DNA of 64,000 bases from Candidatus Eiseniibacteriota bacterium (GCA_963717935.1 CAVQXP010000004.1:864001-928000); one strand, 5' to 3'; counted from the first letter of the stretch, positions 51,958-62,727 are shown. Translations and numbers: made by a program. The notes: a model not told the origin generated them from the sequence alone.

Positions 51958-53691
51958 ATGCGCCCCGCCCGCCGCAAGCCCTCCAAGGAGACGCGACTTC
52001 CCGGCCGGGCCCGCGGTCTCCGCCGGGAGCGCTGGTGGGTCGTCGCGCTCCTGGTGGTCCACGTGGCGCTCGCGGTCTGGGGCGTGCTGCGCAACTCGGT
52101 CACCTTCGACGAGAACTTCCACCTGCCCTCGGGCGTGATGATCGCCGCGCGCGGCGAGCTGCGCGTCTCGGCGGTCAATCCCCCGCTGGTGAAGGCGCTG
52201 TGCGGAGCCGCCGCACTCGCCGCAGGCGCGCGGCTGCCGGCCGACGAAGCGCTCCGCGATGGCGAGCAGGGTCTGGTGGGCGAGTCGTTCATGCGCGCGA
52301 ACGCCGACCGCTACCAGCGCGTGTTCGTGGCGGCGAGGCTGGTGATCGTGCTGCTCTCGGTGCTGCTGGGCCTGCTGGTGTGGCGGGTCGCGAGACGCCT
52401 TTACGGGCCGCGGGGCGGCGTGCTCGCGCTGGGCTTCTACGCCTTCATGCCCGAGGTCCTCGCGCATGCGGGCCTCGTCACCCTGGACCTCGCGACCGGG
52501 CTCTCGTGGCTGGCGAGCGTGTACGCCTTCTGGATGTTCGCGCGCTCGGGGCGCTGGGGCTGGTGGGGGATGGCGGTGGCTGCGGTCTCGTTCGCGTTCC
52601 TGGTGCGGTTCACGGCGCTGCTGCTCGGACCCGTGCTGCTCGCGATCGCGCTGCTCACGGTGGTGCGGCGCCAGGCGCGCCGGCCCGGCAGGCTGTGGGC
52701 CGGACTCGCTCTGCTCGTGCCGCTGGTGCTCGTGGTCCTCGGTGCCGGCTATCTCGGCCGGGTGTCGTTCGCGCCCATCGGGCACGCCGGATTCGAGTCG
52801 CACCGCCTCGAGTCGCTTTCGCGCGCAGCGCCCTGGCTGCGGCTGCCGCTTCCCGATACGTGGCTCGGAGGGCTGGACCGGCAGCTGGTGGAATCGCAGG
52901 CGGGTGTCACACCCGCGTACCTGCTCGGCCGCGTGATCCCGCGCGCCGTCTGGTACTACTTCCCGCTCGCCTTCCTCTTCAAGTGGCCGCTGGGATTCCT
53001 GGGAGCGCTGCTGGCGCGCACCCGGCTCGCCCTTGCACGCCGGCGCCGACGCGGCGACTTCCTCGCGGTGCCCGTCGCGGTACTCCTCGGGGTCGGGATG
53101 TTCGCGGGCAACCTCGACATCGGGATCCGCTACCTGTTCCCGCTCGTGCCGTTCCTGTGCGTGTGGCTCGGTGGCCTCGGCTCGGTGCGCCTGCTCGCGC
53201 ACCTGAAGGGGCGGGGCCGCCTCTGGCTGCGCGTGGGACTCGCGCTCGCCGTGCTGCAGGCGGTCGAGGCGGGACTCGCCGCGCCCTGGTACCTCTCGTT
53301 CTTCAACTGGCCCTCGGGCGGGCCTGGCGGCGGCTACCGGCTGGTCAACGACTCGAACGTGGACTGGGGGCAGGGATTGATCGCGCTGCGCGACGAGATG
53401 AGGCAGCGCGGCATCGGGCGCATCCACCTCGCCTACCACGGCACGGCCGACCCCGCCGTCTACGGGATCGACTACGTGCCCTACCTGGGTGGCACGCCGG
53501 GGAAGGAGAGCGACTGGGTCGCGGTGAGCAGCTACTACTTCGTGGGGCTCGGCCAGCGCATGATGACGCCGCGCGGCCGCACGCAGCCCCTGCGGATCGA
53601 CTTCCGCCCGCTCTGGGCCGTGCGACCCGTGGCGCGTCCCGCCGACTGCATCTACCTCTTCCCGCTGCGCAGGGCGAGGAGCGGGCGGTAG
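51958..53691 (+). CDS. ArnT/PMT-like (GT39/GT83, GT-C fold) glycosyltransferase
   Basis: SVTFDENFHL, NPPLVK, LAHAGLVTLD, WYYFP, IGIRY, DSNVDWGQ. Confidence 0.82.
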   Translation: MRPARRKPSKETRLPGRARGLRRERWWVVALLVVHVALAVWGVLRNSVTFDENFHLPSGVMIAARGELRVSAVNPPLVKALCGAAALAAGARLPADEALRDGEQGLVGESFMRANADRYQRVFVAARLVIVLLSVLLGLLVWRVARRLYGPRGGVLALGFYAFMPEVLAHAGLVTLDLATGLSWLASVYAFWMFARSGRWGWWGMAVAAVSFAFLVRFTALLLGPVLLAIALLTVVRRQARRPGRLWAGLALLVPLVLVVLGAGYLGRVSFAPIGHAGFESHRLESLSRAAPWLRLPLPDTWLGGLDRQLVESQAGVTPAYLLGRVIPRAVWYYFPLAFLFKWPLGFLGALLARTRLALARRRRRGDFLAVPVAVLLGVGMFAGNLDIGIRYLFPLVPFLCVWLGGLGSVRLLAHLKGRGRLWLRVGLALAVLQAVEAGLAAPWYLSFFNWPSGGPGGGYRLVNDSNVDWGQGLIALRDEMRQRGIGRIHLAYHGTADPAVYGIDYVPYLGGTPGKESDWVAVSSYYFVGLGQRMMTPRGRTQPLRIDFRPLWAVRPVARPADCIYLFPLRRARSGR

Positions 53692-53725
53692 TCCCGCGGG
53701 CGGTGGCGGGCAGCGCGCCGCCCGC

Positions 53726-54952
53726 TCAATGCAACTGGACCATCTGGAACCAGAGCGTCCCCCAGGCGTTGACGGCCACGCCGAGGGCCGTGAGGACCGC
53801 GGCCAGCCAGCCCGGGACGCGCCTCGCGGCGAGCGCGCACGCGGCGAGCGCGAGCGCGATCCAATCGAGCGCGAAGCGCTGCCCGAACTGCACCCAGCCG
53901 TCGTTGTAGTACAGCAGCGAGGGCAGCGCGATGAGCAGCGCGGTGCCGAGCATCACCCACTCGTGCGTCGTGACCCGCCGCGGCGCGAACAGGAGCAGCA
54001 GGAACGGCGTGGTGAGCAGCAGGCTCAGGCCGTGGCCGTCCGGCACCAGAGCGCCGTATTCGAGGCGCGGGAGGGCGAACAGCCAGCCGCCCAGGTTGTG
54101 CGGCAGGAAGTGCAGATTGAAGCGCCCGTAGCGTTCGATGAGGGCCTTGAACTCGTCGCCCATCAGGATGTAGTGGTAGCCGGCGTCGGTGAAGCTGCCG
54201 AAGCGCGCGAAGTTGTAGAGCCCGTGAAGCGCCACGGCGAGCACGACGGGCACGCCCAGTGCGAGCGCCGCGCGCCCCAGCCGCGCGCGCGGCGGCGGGT
54301 CCTCGCCCCCCCCGCGCCGCAGCAGGAGCCAGAGAGCGAGCGGCGCCGCCAGCGCCACGGTGGGGCGCGTGAGCACGGAGAGCCCCAGGGCCACGCCGCT
54401 CCACCACCCGCGTCCGCGCGCCGCCATCCACAGCGCCCAGCACTGCAGCGCGGTCGCGCTGATCTGCGCGTGCAACCAGACGTTCCCCATGGGCGCGCCG
54501 TAGTGCATGGCGGTGCCGAGGGCGAAGGTGAGCGTGGCCAGCGCGCGGCGGAAGCGGTCCGGCGGGTCGGGCAGCGCCGCGAGGAAGCGGTCGAAGGCGA
54601 AGATCGCGAAGAGCGCGGTGAGCACCAGGACCAGCACGTCCGGGGTCGCCGGCCCGAAGAAGGGCACGAGCGGCATCAACAGCAGGGCCGGGAGCGGGCC
54701 GAAGACGATGAAGGCCCTGCCGGCCACGATGGCCATGTCCCCGGCTTCGGCGGGATGGTGGAAGAGGTGGAGTTGGCCGTGCGCGAACGCGTCGGCCAGG
54801 TAGACGTAGTGGCTCCAGTGCGACGTGCGCCAGAGCGCGCCGCCGGTCTCGAACAGCCAGGCCGCGAGCGTGGCGCCGAGCAACAGCCAGATGAGCCGGT
54901 CGCCGCCCCCGGGCCGGGCCGCGGGTCTCGCGCCGTGCCGGCGTGCCGCCAT
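53726..54952 (-). CDS. polytopic membrane protein, putative GT-C glycosyltransferase
   Basis: YLADAFAHGQL, FGPLPALL, LTRP, YNFARFGS, GLSLLLTTP, QFGQRFALD. Confidence 0.65.
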   Translation of the reverse strand: MAARRHGARPAARPGGGDRLIWLLLGATLAAWLFETGGALWRTSHWSHYVYLADAFAHGQLHLFHHPAEAGDMAIVAGRAFIVFGPLPALLLMPLVPFFGPATPDVLVLVLTALFAIFAFDRFLAALPDPPDRFRRALATLTFALGTAMHYGAPMGNVWLHAQISATALQCWALWMAARGRGWWSGVALGLSVLTRPTVALAAPLALWLLLRRGGGEDPPPRARLGRAALALGVPVVLAVALHGLYNFARFGSFTDAGYHYILMGDEFKALIERYGRFNLHFLPHNLGGWLFALPRLEYGALVPDGHGLSLLLTTPFLLLLFAPRRVTTHEWVMLGTALLIALPSLLYYNDGWVQFGQRFALDWIALALAACALAARRVPGWLAAVLTALGVAVNAWGTLWFQMVQLH

Positions 54953-54956
54953 CGCC

Positions 54957-56393
54957 CTAGGCCGTCCCCAGCCGGTGCACCCGCAGCGAGTTGGTCGTGC
55001 CGGCCACTCCCGGGGGCGTGCCCGCCACCATCACGACCAGGTCGCCGGGCTCGCCGCGGCCCAGCTCGAGCATGGCGTGCGTCACCTGGTGCACCATCTC
55101 GTCGGTGGTGCGCACGTCGGGCACCACGAAGGTCTCCACCCCCCAGACCACGGAGAGCTGACTGCGCACGGCGGGCTCGCTCGTGAAGGCGTAGAGCGGC
55201 ACGGGCTCGCGGTGCGAGGCGAGCAGGCACGCGGTCGAACCGGACCGCGTGAAGGCGACGAGCGCCTGGGCACCGAGGTCGCGCGCGGTCCGGGCCGCGG
55301 CGCACGCGATGGCCGCCTGCACCGAGGTCCGGTCCTTCAGCGGGGGCAGGGAACGGAGACTCTCGACCTCGGCCGCGAGGATGATCCGTCGCATCGTGGC
55401 CACGACCTCGACGGGGTAGCGCCCGATGGTGGTCTCGGCCGTGAGCAGGAGCGCATCGGCCCCGTCGAGCACGGCGTTGGCCACGTCCGAGACCTCGGCG
55501 CGCGTGGGCCGCGAATGGCACACCATCGAATCGAGCATCTGGGTCGCCACGATGACCGGCCGCGCGTGCTCGCGGGCCATCTGCACCGCGTGCTTCTGGA
55601 CCAGCGGCACGTCCTCGAGCGGCATCTCCACGCCCAGGTCGCCGCGCGCCACGAGCACGCCGTCGAAGGCCTTCACGATGGCCTCCATCTGGAGCACCGC
55701 CTCGGGCTTCTCGAGCTTGGCGAAGACCGGCACGCGCCGGCCCGCCGCGTCCATGACGCGGCGCACCTCGACGGCGGCGTCCGCGCTGCGCACGAACGAG
55801 AGCGCCACCATGTCCACGCCCAGCTCGAGCGCGAAGCGCAGGTCGTCGATGTCCTTGAGGGTCAGCGCGGGGGCGCTCACCTTCACGCCCGGCAGGTTGA
55901 TGCCCTTGTGGTCGGAGACCTCGCCGCCCTCGACGACGCGGCAGCTCACCCGCACGCCGTCGCTGGCGAGTGCCTCGAGCCGCACCAGGCCGTCGTTCAC
56001 CAGCAGCACGTCGCCCGGCCTGACGTCGCGCGCGAGGCCGTCGTAGGTGCTCGAGGCCTGGTGCGCGTCGCCCGGGACGGGCTCGGTGGTGATGACGAAC
56101 GAGGCCCCCGCCTCGAGCACCACCGGGCCGGCGGGGAAGACGCCCAGGCGGATCTTGGGCCCGGAGAGGTCGGCCATGATCCCGACCGCGCGCCCGGCCG
56201 CATCGCTGGCGGTGCGCACCCGCCCGTAGTGGGCGCGATGCTGGTCGTGGGTGCCGTGCGAGAAGTTGAGGCGGGCCGCGTCCATGCCCGCCGCCACCAG
56301 GGCGTGCACCGCCTCGAGCGTGTCCGTCGCGGGGCCCAGCGAGCAGATGATCTTGACCCGCGGCGTCACGCCCGCGGTCTGTGCGCTCGACAT
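54957..56393 (-). CDS. pyk: pyruvate kinase
   Basis: KIICSLGPAT, ARLNFSHG, DLSGPKIR, KGINLPG, AKLEKPEA, VARGDLGVE, ATQMLDSM, PTRAEVSDVANA. Confidence 0.97.
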   Translation of the reverse strand: MSSAQTAGVTPRVKIICSLGPATDTLEAVHALVAAGMDAARLNFSHGTHDQHRAHYGRVRTASDAAGRAVGIMADLSGPKIRLGVFPAGPVVLEAGASFVITTEPVPGDAHQASSTYDGLARDVRPGDVLLVNDGLVRLEALASDGVRVSCRVVEGGEVSDHKGINLPGVKVSAPALTLKDIDDLRFALELGVDMVALSFVRSADAAVEVRRVMDAAGRRVPVFAKLEKPEAVLQMEAIVKAFDGVLVARGDLGVEMPLEDVPLVQKHAVQMAREHARPVIVATQMLDSMVCHSRPTRAEVSDVANAVLDGADALLLTAETTIGRYPVEVVATMRRIILAAEVESLRSLPPLKDRTSVQAAIACAAARTARDLGAQALVAFTRSGSTACLLASHREPVPLYAFTSEPAVRSQLSVVWGVETFVVPDVRTTDEMVHQVTHAMLELGRGEPGDLVVMVAGTPPGVAGTTNSLRVHRLGTA

Positions 56394-56411
56394 GCCGCTG
56401 GACCTCCGGCG

Positions 56412-56450
56412 CAAAGGAATGACCGCGGCCACGGGGGGGTGGCCGCGGTC
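56412..56450 (-). terminator. hairpin downstream of the tRNA cluster
   Basis: 12-bp stem GACCGCGGCCAC/GTGGCCGCGGTC followed on the minus strand by ATTCCTTTG. Confidence 0.6.
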
Positions 56451-56457
56451 GAGAGAT

Positions 56458-56534
56458 TGGGGTGGATGATGGGGTTTGAACCCACGACCCCCTGAGCCAC
56501 AGTCAGGTGCTCTGCCAGCTGAGCTACACCCACC
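56458..56534 (-). tRNA. tRNA-His(GTG)
   Basis: G-1, acceptor GTGGGTG/CATCCAC, C73-CCA; anticodon arm CCTGA-CTGTGGC-TCAGG. Confidence 0.95.
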
Positions 56535-56570
56535 GCCATTCGAACTCGATGCATGAAGGGCGCGAAAGAC

Positions 56571-56647
56571 TGGCGCGCCTGGAGGGAATCGAACCCCCGA
56601 CCGACGGATTAGAAATCCGTTGCTCTATCCTTCTGAGCTACAGGCGC
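56571..56647 (-). tRNA. tRNA-Arg(TCT)
   Basis: GCGCCTG/CAGGCGC-G-CCA; anticodon arm ACGGA-TTTCTAA-TCCGT. Confidence 0.95.
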
Positions 56648-56750
56648 AGGACGATTCCATCCGGGCCCACGGCCTGGAATCCGGGACACGAATCCCCGAA
56701 CCCGCCCGGACGGGTGCCCCACCCGCCGGGCGCCCGCCCAGGCGGCAAGT

Positions 56751-56827
<77 letters not shown>

Positions 56828-56853
56828 GACTGCCCGCAGGCATTCGACTGCGG

Positions 56854-56882
56854 AGGATAAGGGCGGGCTCAGGGGGCGTCAA
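56854..56882 (-). promoter_or_regulatory. sigma70-type promoter of the tRNA-Pro-Arg-His operon
   Basis: Minus strand TTGACG-17 bp-TATCCT. Confidence 0.75.
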
Positions 56883-56985
56883 ACGCGGGGTTGCCGCGGC
56901 TCCGTGCCCGTGCGGGGCCAGCCCCGCTGCGGGACGGTCGCGGCGGGCGAGGCTGCACGGCCCTGTGCCCCGGCCCTCGCGCGCG

Positions 56986-57014
56986 TTGCGCCCGCGCACC
57001 GCGGACCGTATGCT
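56986..57014 (+). promoter_or_regulatory. sigma70-type promoter for ssb (and probably ssrA)
   Basis: TTGCGC-17 bp-TATGCT. Confidence 0.65.
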
Positions 57015-57082
57015 CCCGCGGACAGCGGATGGCCCCCGGCGACACGGACGGCCCCCGGCTGGCATTGAACGAGGGGGAGAGC

Positions 57083-57511
57083 ATGGGTGTGAACAAGGTG
57101 ATCCTGGTCGGGAACCTGGGGGCGAACCCCGAGATGCGATCCACCCAGGGTGGCCAGAAGGTCGCCAACCTGCGGCTCGCGACCACCGAGCGCTGGACCG
57201 ACAAGAACGGCCAGAAGCAGGAACAGACCGAGTGGCATCGGGTGGTGGTCTGGGGCAAGCAGGCCGAGTTCTGCGGCCAGTACCTCGTCAAGGGCCGGCA
57301 GATCTACGTCGAGGGCCGTATCCAGACCCGGCAATGGCAGGATCAGCAGGGGCAGAAGCGCTACAGCACCGAAGTCGTGGCGCAGGTCATCCAGCTGCTG
57401 GGCAATCGCCCGGACGGTGCTCCGCGCGAGGACCCGAGCGCGATGATGCCACCCGACGAGGCCGTGACGAACGGTTTCGGCGGCGGGCCGGACGACGACA
57501 TCCCGTTCTAG
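57083..57511 (+). CDS. ssb: single-stranded DNA-binding protein
   Basis: [38 protein letters not shown], acidic tip DDDIPF. Confidence 0.97.
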   Translation: MGVNKVILVGNLGANPEMRSTQGGQKVANLRLATTERWTDKNGQKQEQTEWHRVVVWGKQAEFCGQYLVKGRQIYVEGRIQTRQWQDQQGQKRYSTEVVAQVIQLLGNRPDGAPREDPSAMMPPDEAVTNGFGGGPDDDIPF

Positions 57512-57870
57512 GGGGCGAACGGTCTCGACGGGGGCCGAGAAGCAGGAAGTGCAGGCCGGGGACCCGTGACCTCGTCAAAAAAGCGGGACCATACAACTGC
57601 CAATGAGCAGTTGGCTTTCGCTGCCTAGCTAAACACTAGCAGCGACGGCCGCCCGGACCCCGCCTGTGGGGGCTGGAGCGGGCGTCAGACAAACGCAGGC
57701 TGGTCCGAGGTCAGGCCCGAGGGCGGAGGACGAGATCAATAGAGGGCTGGCGTGCCGCTGATCCCGCCGGTCGGAGCGGGGGTACGCGAGATCCAATCGG
57801 CCGGACAAGCCTGTAGGACTTCCTGGGGACCGACTTTCGGACGCGGGTTCGATTCCCGCCGCCTCCACCA
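57511..57870 (+). ncRNA. ssrA: tmRNA; tag ORF 57599-57628 encodes ANEQLAFAA
   Basis: 5' GGGGGCG pairs with 3' CGCCTCC-A-CCA including G3-U70; TCGAC near the 5' end; T-arm GCGGGTTCGATTCCCGC; tag ends in AA-stop; 360 nt. Confidence 0.95.
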
Positions 57871-57876
57871 ACTCCC

Positions 57877-57901
57877 GGGCCGTTCCCGAAAGGGGCGGCC
57901 C
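57877..57901 (+). terminator. hairpin after tmRNA
   Basis: GGGCCGTTCCC-GAAA-GGGGCGGCCC, no U-tract. Confidence 0.45.
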
Positions 57902-57957
57902 CCGGCACACGATGACCGTCACCCGCCACCCACGCATCCAGTGGAACGTTTGACCAC

Positions 57958-60406
57958 ATGAGCCCATCTGGAAGACGCCCCCGAGCCGGGCGCTCCACGA
58001 AGAAGAAGCCGACGCGCTCTCCCTCGCGCCCGGCCGCGGCTGCACCCCCCAGGTCGGCAGCGCCGGCGCGGCCGAAGGCGCGCCCCGCCGCGGCCGGGCA
58101 GCGGCGGGACGAAGCGGGGCTGCGCGCGAGCGAGGAACGCTGCCGCGCGCTGGTCGAGCAGGCTGCGGACGGCATCGTCGTCGCCGACGGGGACTTCCGC
58201 ATCCTCGAGGTGAATCCGGCCTTCTGCACGATGATGGGCTATCCCCGCGACGCATTGCTGCAGGGCAGCGCGTGCGATTTCTTCGCGTCCGAGGATCTGG
58301 CCGCACGCCCGCTCACGATCGAACCCCTGATGGGGGGGGCGGCGTTGCTTACCTGCCGCCGGCTGCGCCGCAGGGACGGCACGATCTTCGTGGCGGAGTG
58401 CAGCTCGAAGCGCCTCGTGGATGGCCGCATCCTCGTGATCCTCCGCGACATCACCGAGCAGAAGCGCGCGGAGGAAGCGCTGCGCGAGAGCGAGGAGCGG
58501 TTCCGGCGCGTGTTCGAGTCGGAGATGATGGGCATGGTCTTCGGCCTGCGCGGGGGCCCGGTGGCGAAGGCCAACGACTACTTCCTGCGCCTCGTGGGCT
58601 ACACCCGTGACGACCTGCTCGCGGGCCGGTTGCGCTGGGACGCGATCGTGCCGCCCGAGTTCGCGCACCTCACCGAGGAGGCGGTGCGGCAGGCCCGTGT
58701 GGCCGGTACCAGCAAGCCCTTCGAGACCGAGTTCATCCGCAAGGACGGCACCCGCGTGCCGGCGCTGTGCGGCACCACGTTCATCGGATCCGCGCGTGGC
58801 CTCGGGGGCGGGTTCGTGCTGGACCTCACCGGGCTCCGACGCACCGAGCAGCGCCTGGCGGAGAGCGAGCGCTATCTCGAACGGGCCCAGGTGCTGGCGC
58901 ACGTCGGCACCTGGGACGCCGACCTCGCGACGATGACCGCCACCTTTTCGGACGAGATGCTGCGCATCTTCGGCAGGCCGCCTGGCGGTCCTGCCGTCAC
59001 CTATTCCGAGTTCATCGCAGCCATCCACCCGGACGATCGTCCGGCAGTGGAGCAGACCATCCGGCAAGCGATCACGCGGCCCGGCGAGCAGAAGTTCGAG
59101 CACCGCCTCGTGCGTCCGGACGGCACCGTGCGCATCGTGGAGGCCACCTCCGAGTCCGTATGGGACGCTTCGGGCCGGCCCGCGCGGATCATCGGCTCGG
59201 CCCAGGACATCACCGAGCGTCGCTTCCTCGAGCTGCAGTTGCGCGAGGCGCAGAAGCTCGAAGCCATCGGCCGGCTCGCAGGCGGCGTGGCGCACGACTT
59301 CAACAACCTGCTCACGGTCATCCTCGGCTTCACCGAGACCCTGCTGGAAGGTCTGCCCGCGGGGGACACGCGACGCGCGAGCGCCGAGCAGATCCGCGCG
59401 GCCGGGCGGCGCGCGGCCAGGCTCACCCAGCAACTGCTCGCCTTCGGCCGCCGGCAGGTGCTCCGGACGCAGGTGTTCGACCTGAACGTGGTGCTGGCGG
59501 AGATGCGGGACATCCTCGAGCGGCTCATCGGCGGGGAGATCGAGATCGTCATCTCGCCGGACGCCAGACCGTGCCTGGTCGAGGCGGACCGCGGGCAGCT
59601 CGAGCAGGTCATCCTGAACCTGGTGCTCAACGCGCGCGACGCGATGCCGGCCGGCGGGCGCCTCGGCATCGCGACGCGCAGGGTCGAGCCCTCCACCGGC
59701 GAGCAGCGCGCGTCCTGGCTGGAGCTCGCCGTGAGCGACACCGGCACGGGCATGAGCCCCGAGGTCCAGGCGCAGATCTTCGAGCCGTTCTTCACCACGA
59801 AGGAAGTGGGACAGGGGACCGGTCTCGGCCTCGCCACGGTCCACGGCATCGTGACCCAGACGGGCGGCCACATCGAGGTGAGCAGCGCCCTCGGGAAGGG
59901 CACGACCTTCCGCGTGTTCCTGCCCTGTACGGAGCAGGAGGCGGACCCGGTGGAGGCCGCGCCCGCGGAGTCCGGGTCGGACGGCGTGGAGACCGTGCTC
60001 CTGGTCGAGGACGAGAGCGCGGTGCGCGCGCTCATGGCCAGGGTGCTGCGCCGCCGGGGCTATCGCGTGATCGAAGTCGCCGATGGCGACGAGGCGATCG
60101 AGGCCTCGGACCGGCACTCCGGCGTGGTCCACCTGCTGGTCACGGATCTGGTCATGCCGGGGATGAATGGCCGGGAACTGGCGCGCTTCCTGGTGCACGT
60201 GCGCCCGGGTCTGCAGGGTGCTCTTCGTGTCGGGCTACAGCGACCAGAGGGTCGAGCCGCGGAAAGGCCGCGTGGGGAGGGAGGCCTTCCTGCAGAAGCC
60301 CTTCACCCCCGTCGTCCTCGCCGACGTGGTCCGGCAGCTCCTGGACGCCCCGGGTCCTGCCCCGGCTGCGGCCCCGACCCCGGCTCCGGGCCCCTCCGGG
60401 AGTTAG
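57958..60406 (+). CDS. cytoplasmic hybrid histidine kinase: three PAS domains, HisKA, HATPase, receiver (apparent +1 frameshift near 60215)
   Basis: GRLAGGVAHDFNNLL, QVILNLVLNARDAM, DTGTGM, FEPFFTTK, GTGLGL, LLVED, TDLVMPGMNG, FLQKPF. Confidence 0.93.
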
Positions 60407-60548
60407 TCCCGCGGCCGCAGCCGCGCGCCGGAGCCCTCCTTGCGGCCCGTCCGGTCCCCGCGGGCCCCGGGAGACCCCTCCGGGCGATGGCGAGGCCCTC
60501 CGAATCCTCTTGCGGCGGACAGGTTCGGGCGCTTAGTCTCGCGCGCTT

Positions 60549-61251
60549 GTGGATCCTGACGAAGGCACCCTCCTGCAGCGTCTGGACGAGGTCCGCGGCC
60601 GCATCGCCGCGGCGGCGGGCCGTTCGGGGCGCCCCGCGGAGGGGGTGACGCTCGTCGGGGTCACCAAGACGGTGGCGGCGGAAGTGGTGCAGGCGGCGGT
60701 CGCCCTCGGCCTGGCCGACCTGGGTGAGAGCCGGGTGCAGGAGGCGCAGGCCAAGATCCAGACCGTGGGCCGGGACCGGGCGCGCTGGCACCTCATCGGC
60801 CACCTGCAACGCAACAAGGCCGGCCGGGCGGTGGAGTTGTTCGACCGCGTCCACGGCGTGGACGACGCGGAACTGGCCGGGGCGCTCTCCCGGCACGCCG
60901 TCTCGTCCGGGCGATCGCTCCCGGTGCTGGTGGAAGTGAACGTGAGTGGCGAGGCCACCAAGTTCGGCGTCGCCCCTGAAGGGCTCGAGCCCCTGCTCGA
61001 GCGCATCGCGGTCCTGCCGGGCCTGAGGCTCGATGGCCTCATGACCGTGGGGGCGCTGGTCGAGCGCGCGGAGGCTGCGCGCGCGGGCTTCGCGCGGTTG
61101 CGCGCGCTGCGCGACCGCGCGGAGCGGCAGCTCGGGCGGCGTGCTGCCCGAGCTCTCGATGGGCATGAGCGGCGATTTCGAGGTGGCGGTCGAGGAAGGC
61201 AGCACGATGGTGCGCGTGGGCTCGGCGATCTTCGGAGCGCGGTCCGCGTAG
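60549..61251 (+). CDS. yggS: PLP homeostasis protein YggS (apparent +1 frameshift near 61140)
   Basis: [69 protein letters not shown]. Confidence 0.93.
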
Positions 61252-61276
61252 CGACAGGTTCGGGGAGGCTCGCGGC

Positions 61277-61576
61277 ATGTTCGTGGTCGGCAATTTCCTG
61301 GGGGCGGTGGCGGGCTTGCTGGACGTCATCCTGCAGGCCCTGCTGATCGTGATCCTCGTCAACGCCGTGCTCTCGTGGGTGCGGCCGGACCCCTCGAACC
61401 CGATCGTGATGTTCCTGGACCGCGTCTCGGACTTCGTCTGCGCCCCGTTGCGCCGGCTGTTCCCGACGGTGTTCGGCGGCATCGACTTCGCGCCCTTCAT
61501 CGCCATGCTGGCGATCTACTTCATCCAGCAGTTCGTGGTCGGCTCGTTGCGCGGCGTGGCCATGCGGATGGGCTAG
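61277..61576 (+). CDS. yggT: YggT family membrane protein
   Basis: AVLSWVRPDPSNPIV, PLRRLFP, GIDFAP. Confidence 0.92.
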   Translation: MFVVGNFLGAVAGLLDVILQALLIVILVNAVLSWVRPDPSNPIVMFLDRVSDFVCAPLRRLFPTVFGGIDFAPFIAMLAIYFIQQFVVGSLRGVAMRMG

Positions 61577-61578
61577 GG

Positions 61579-61897
61579 ATGCCGGTCCGCCTGCAGGTGC
61601 GGGTGCACCCCGGCGCGCAGCGGCCAGGCCTCGTCGGACGGCTGGCGGACGGGTCGCTCAAGGTGGCGGTGGCCGAGGCCCCCGAGGGTGGCCGGGCGAA
61701 CCGGGCGGTGGAGGTGCGGTGGCCGGGGTGCTGTCGCTTCGGCGCGCACAGGTGAAGGTGGTGGGCGGCGCGGCCGCACGCCTGAAGCAGGTCGAGATCG
61801 AGGGCCTGGACGCGGCGGAGGTCGAGCGCCGGATCGTCGGGGCGCTCGCTGGAGCGCGGCGAAAGGCATGGCCGAGAGGCGCCACGATGGCAAGTGA
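61579..61897 (+). CDS. DUF167/YggU family protein (frameshifted; 3' end uncertain)
   Basis: LQVRVHPGA, LKVAVAEAPEGGRAN, VKVVGGAAARLKQVEIEG. Confidence 0.78.
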
Positions 61898-62727
61898 GTA
61901 CCTGAAGCGGATCGAAGAGGCGGCGGCGGCGGTGCGCGCGCGCACGCGCGTGCGGCCCGACGCGCGGGCGTGATCCTCGGCACCGGGCTGGGCGACTTCG
62001 CCGACGCGCTCGAGCTCGAGACGGTGGTGCCCTTCGCGGAGATCCCGCACTTCCCGGTCTCGACCGTGGAGAGCCACGCGGGCGAACTGCACCTGGGCCG
62101 GCTGGCGGGCCGCCCGGTGGCGGTGATGAAGGGGCGCGTCCACTACTACGAAGGCTACGCCATGCGCGAGGTCGCCTTCCCGGTGCGCGTGCTCCGGGCC
62201 CTCGGCTGCGGCACGCTCGTCGTCACGAACGCGGTGGGCGGGATGAACCCGGACATGCCGCCGGGGACCATCGTGGTCACGACCGACCACATCAACCTGA
62301 TGGGCGACAACCCGCTCGTCGGCCCCAACGACGACGAGCTGGGCCCGCGCTTCCCCGACATGAGCGAGCCCTACGCGCGCGCGCTGGTCGCGCTCGCGGA
62401 GCGCGTGGCGCTCGACCTCGGCGATCGCGCTGCAGCGTGGCGTGCTGGTCGCGGTGCCGGGCCCGAACCTGGAGACCGCGGCGGAGTACCGCTTCCTGCG
62501 CGCGGTCGGCGCCGACATCGTGGGCATGTCGCTGGTGCCCGAGAACCTCGCCGCCGTGCACGGCGGGCAGCGGGTGCTGGCGTCTCAACGTGGTGACCGA
62601 CGCCTGCCTGCCGGACGCCCTGATGCCTGCCAGCATCCCCGAGATCCTGGCGTGCGCGGGACGCGCGGCGCCCGCGCTCATCCGGCTGGTGACCGAGGTC
62701 ATCCGCCGTCTGGGCGACGAGCAGTGA
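61887..62727 (+). CDS. purine-nucleoside phosphorylase, PNP-I type (three apparent frameshifts)
   Basis: [72 protein letters not shown]. Confidence 0.9.

Noticed and set aside
57871..60420. Integrative element or prophage inserted at the tmRNA 3' end
   Set aside because: No integrase, no duplicated tmRNA 3' end seen downstream, and the kinase gene looks host-like in composition.
61719..61973. YggU-PNP gene fusion
   Set aside because: Both genes are frameshifted here; PNP has its own ATG at 61887 with a purine-rich RBS, so read-through is most likely an indel artefact.
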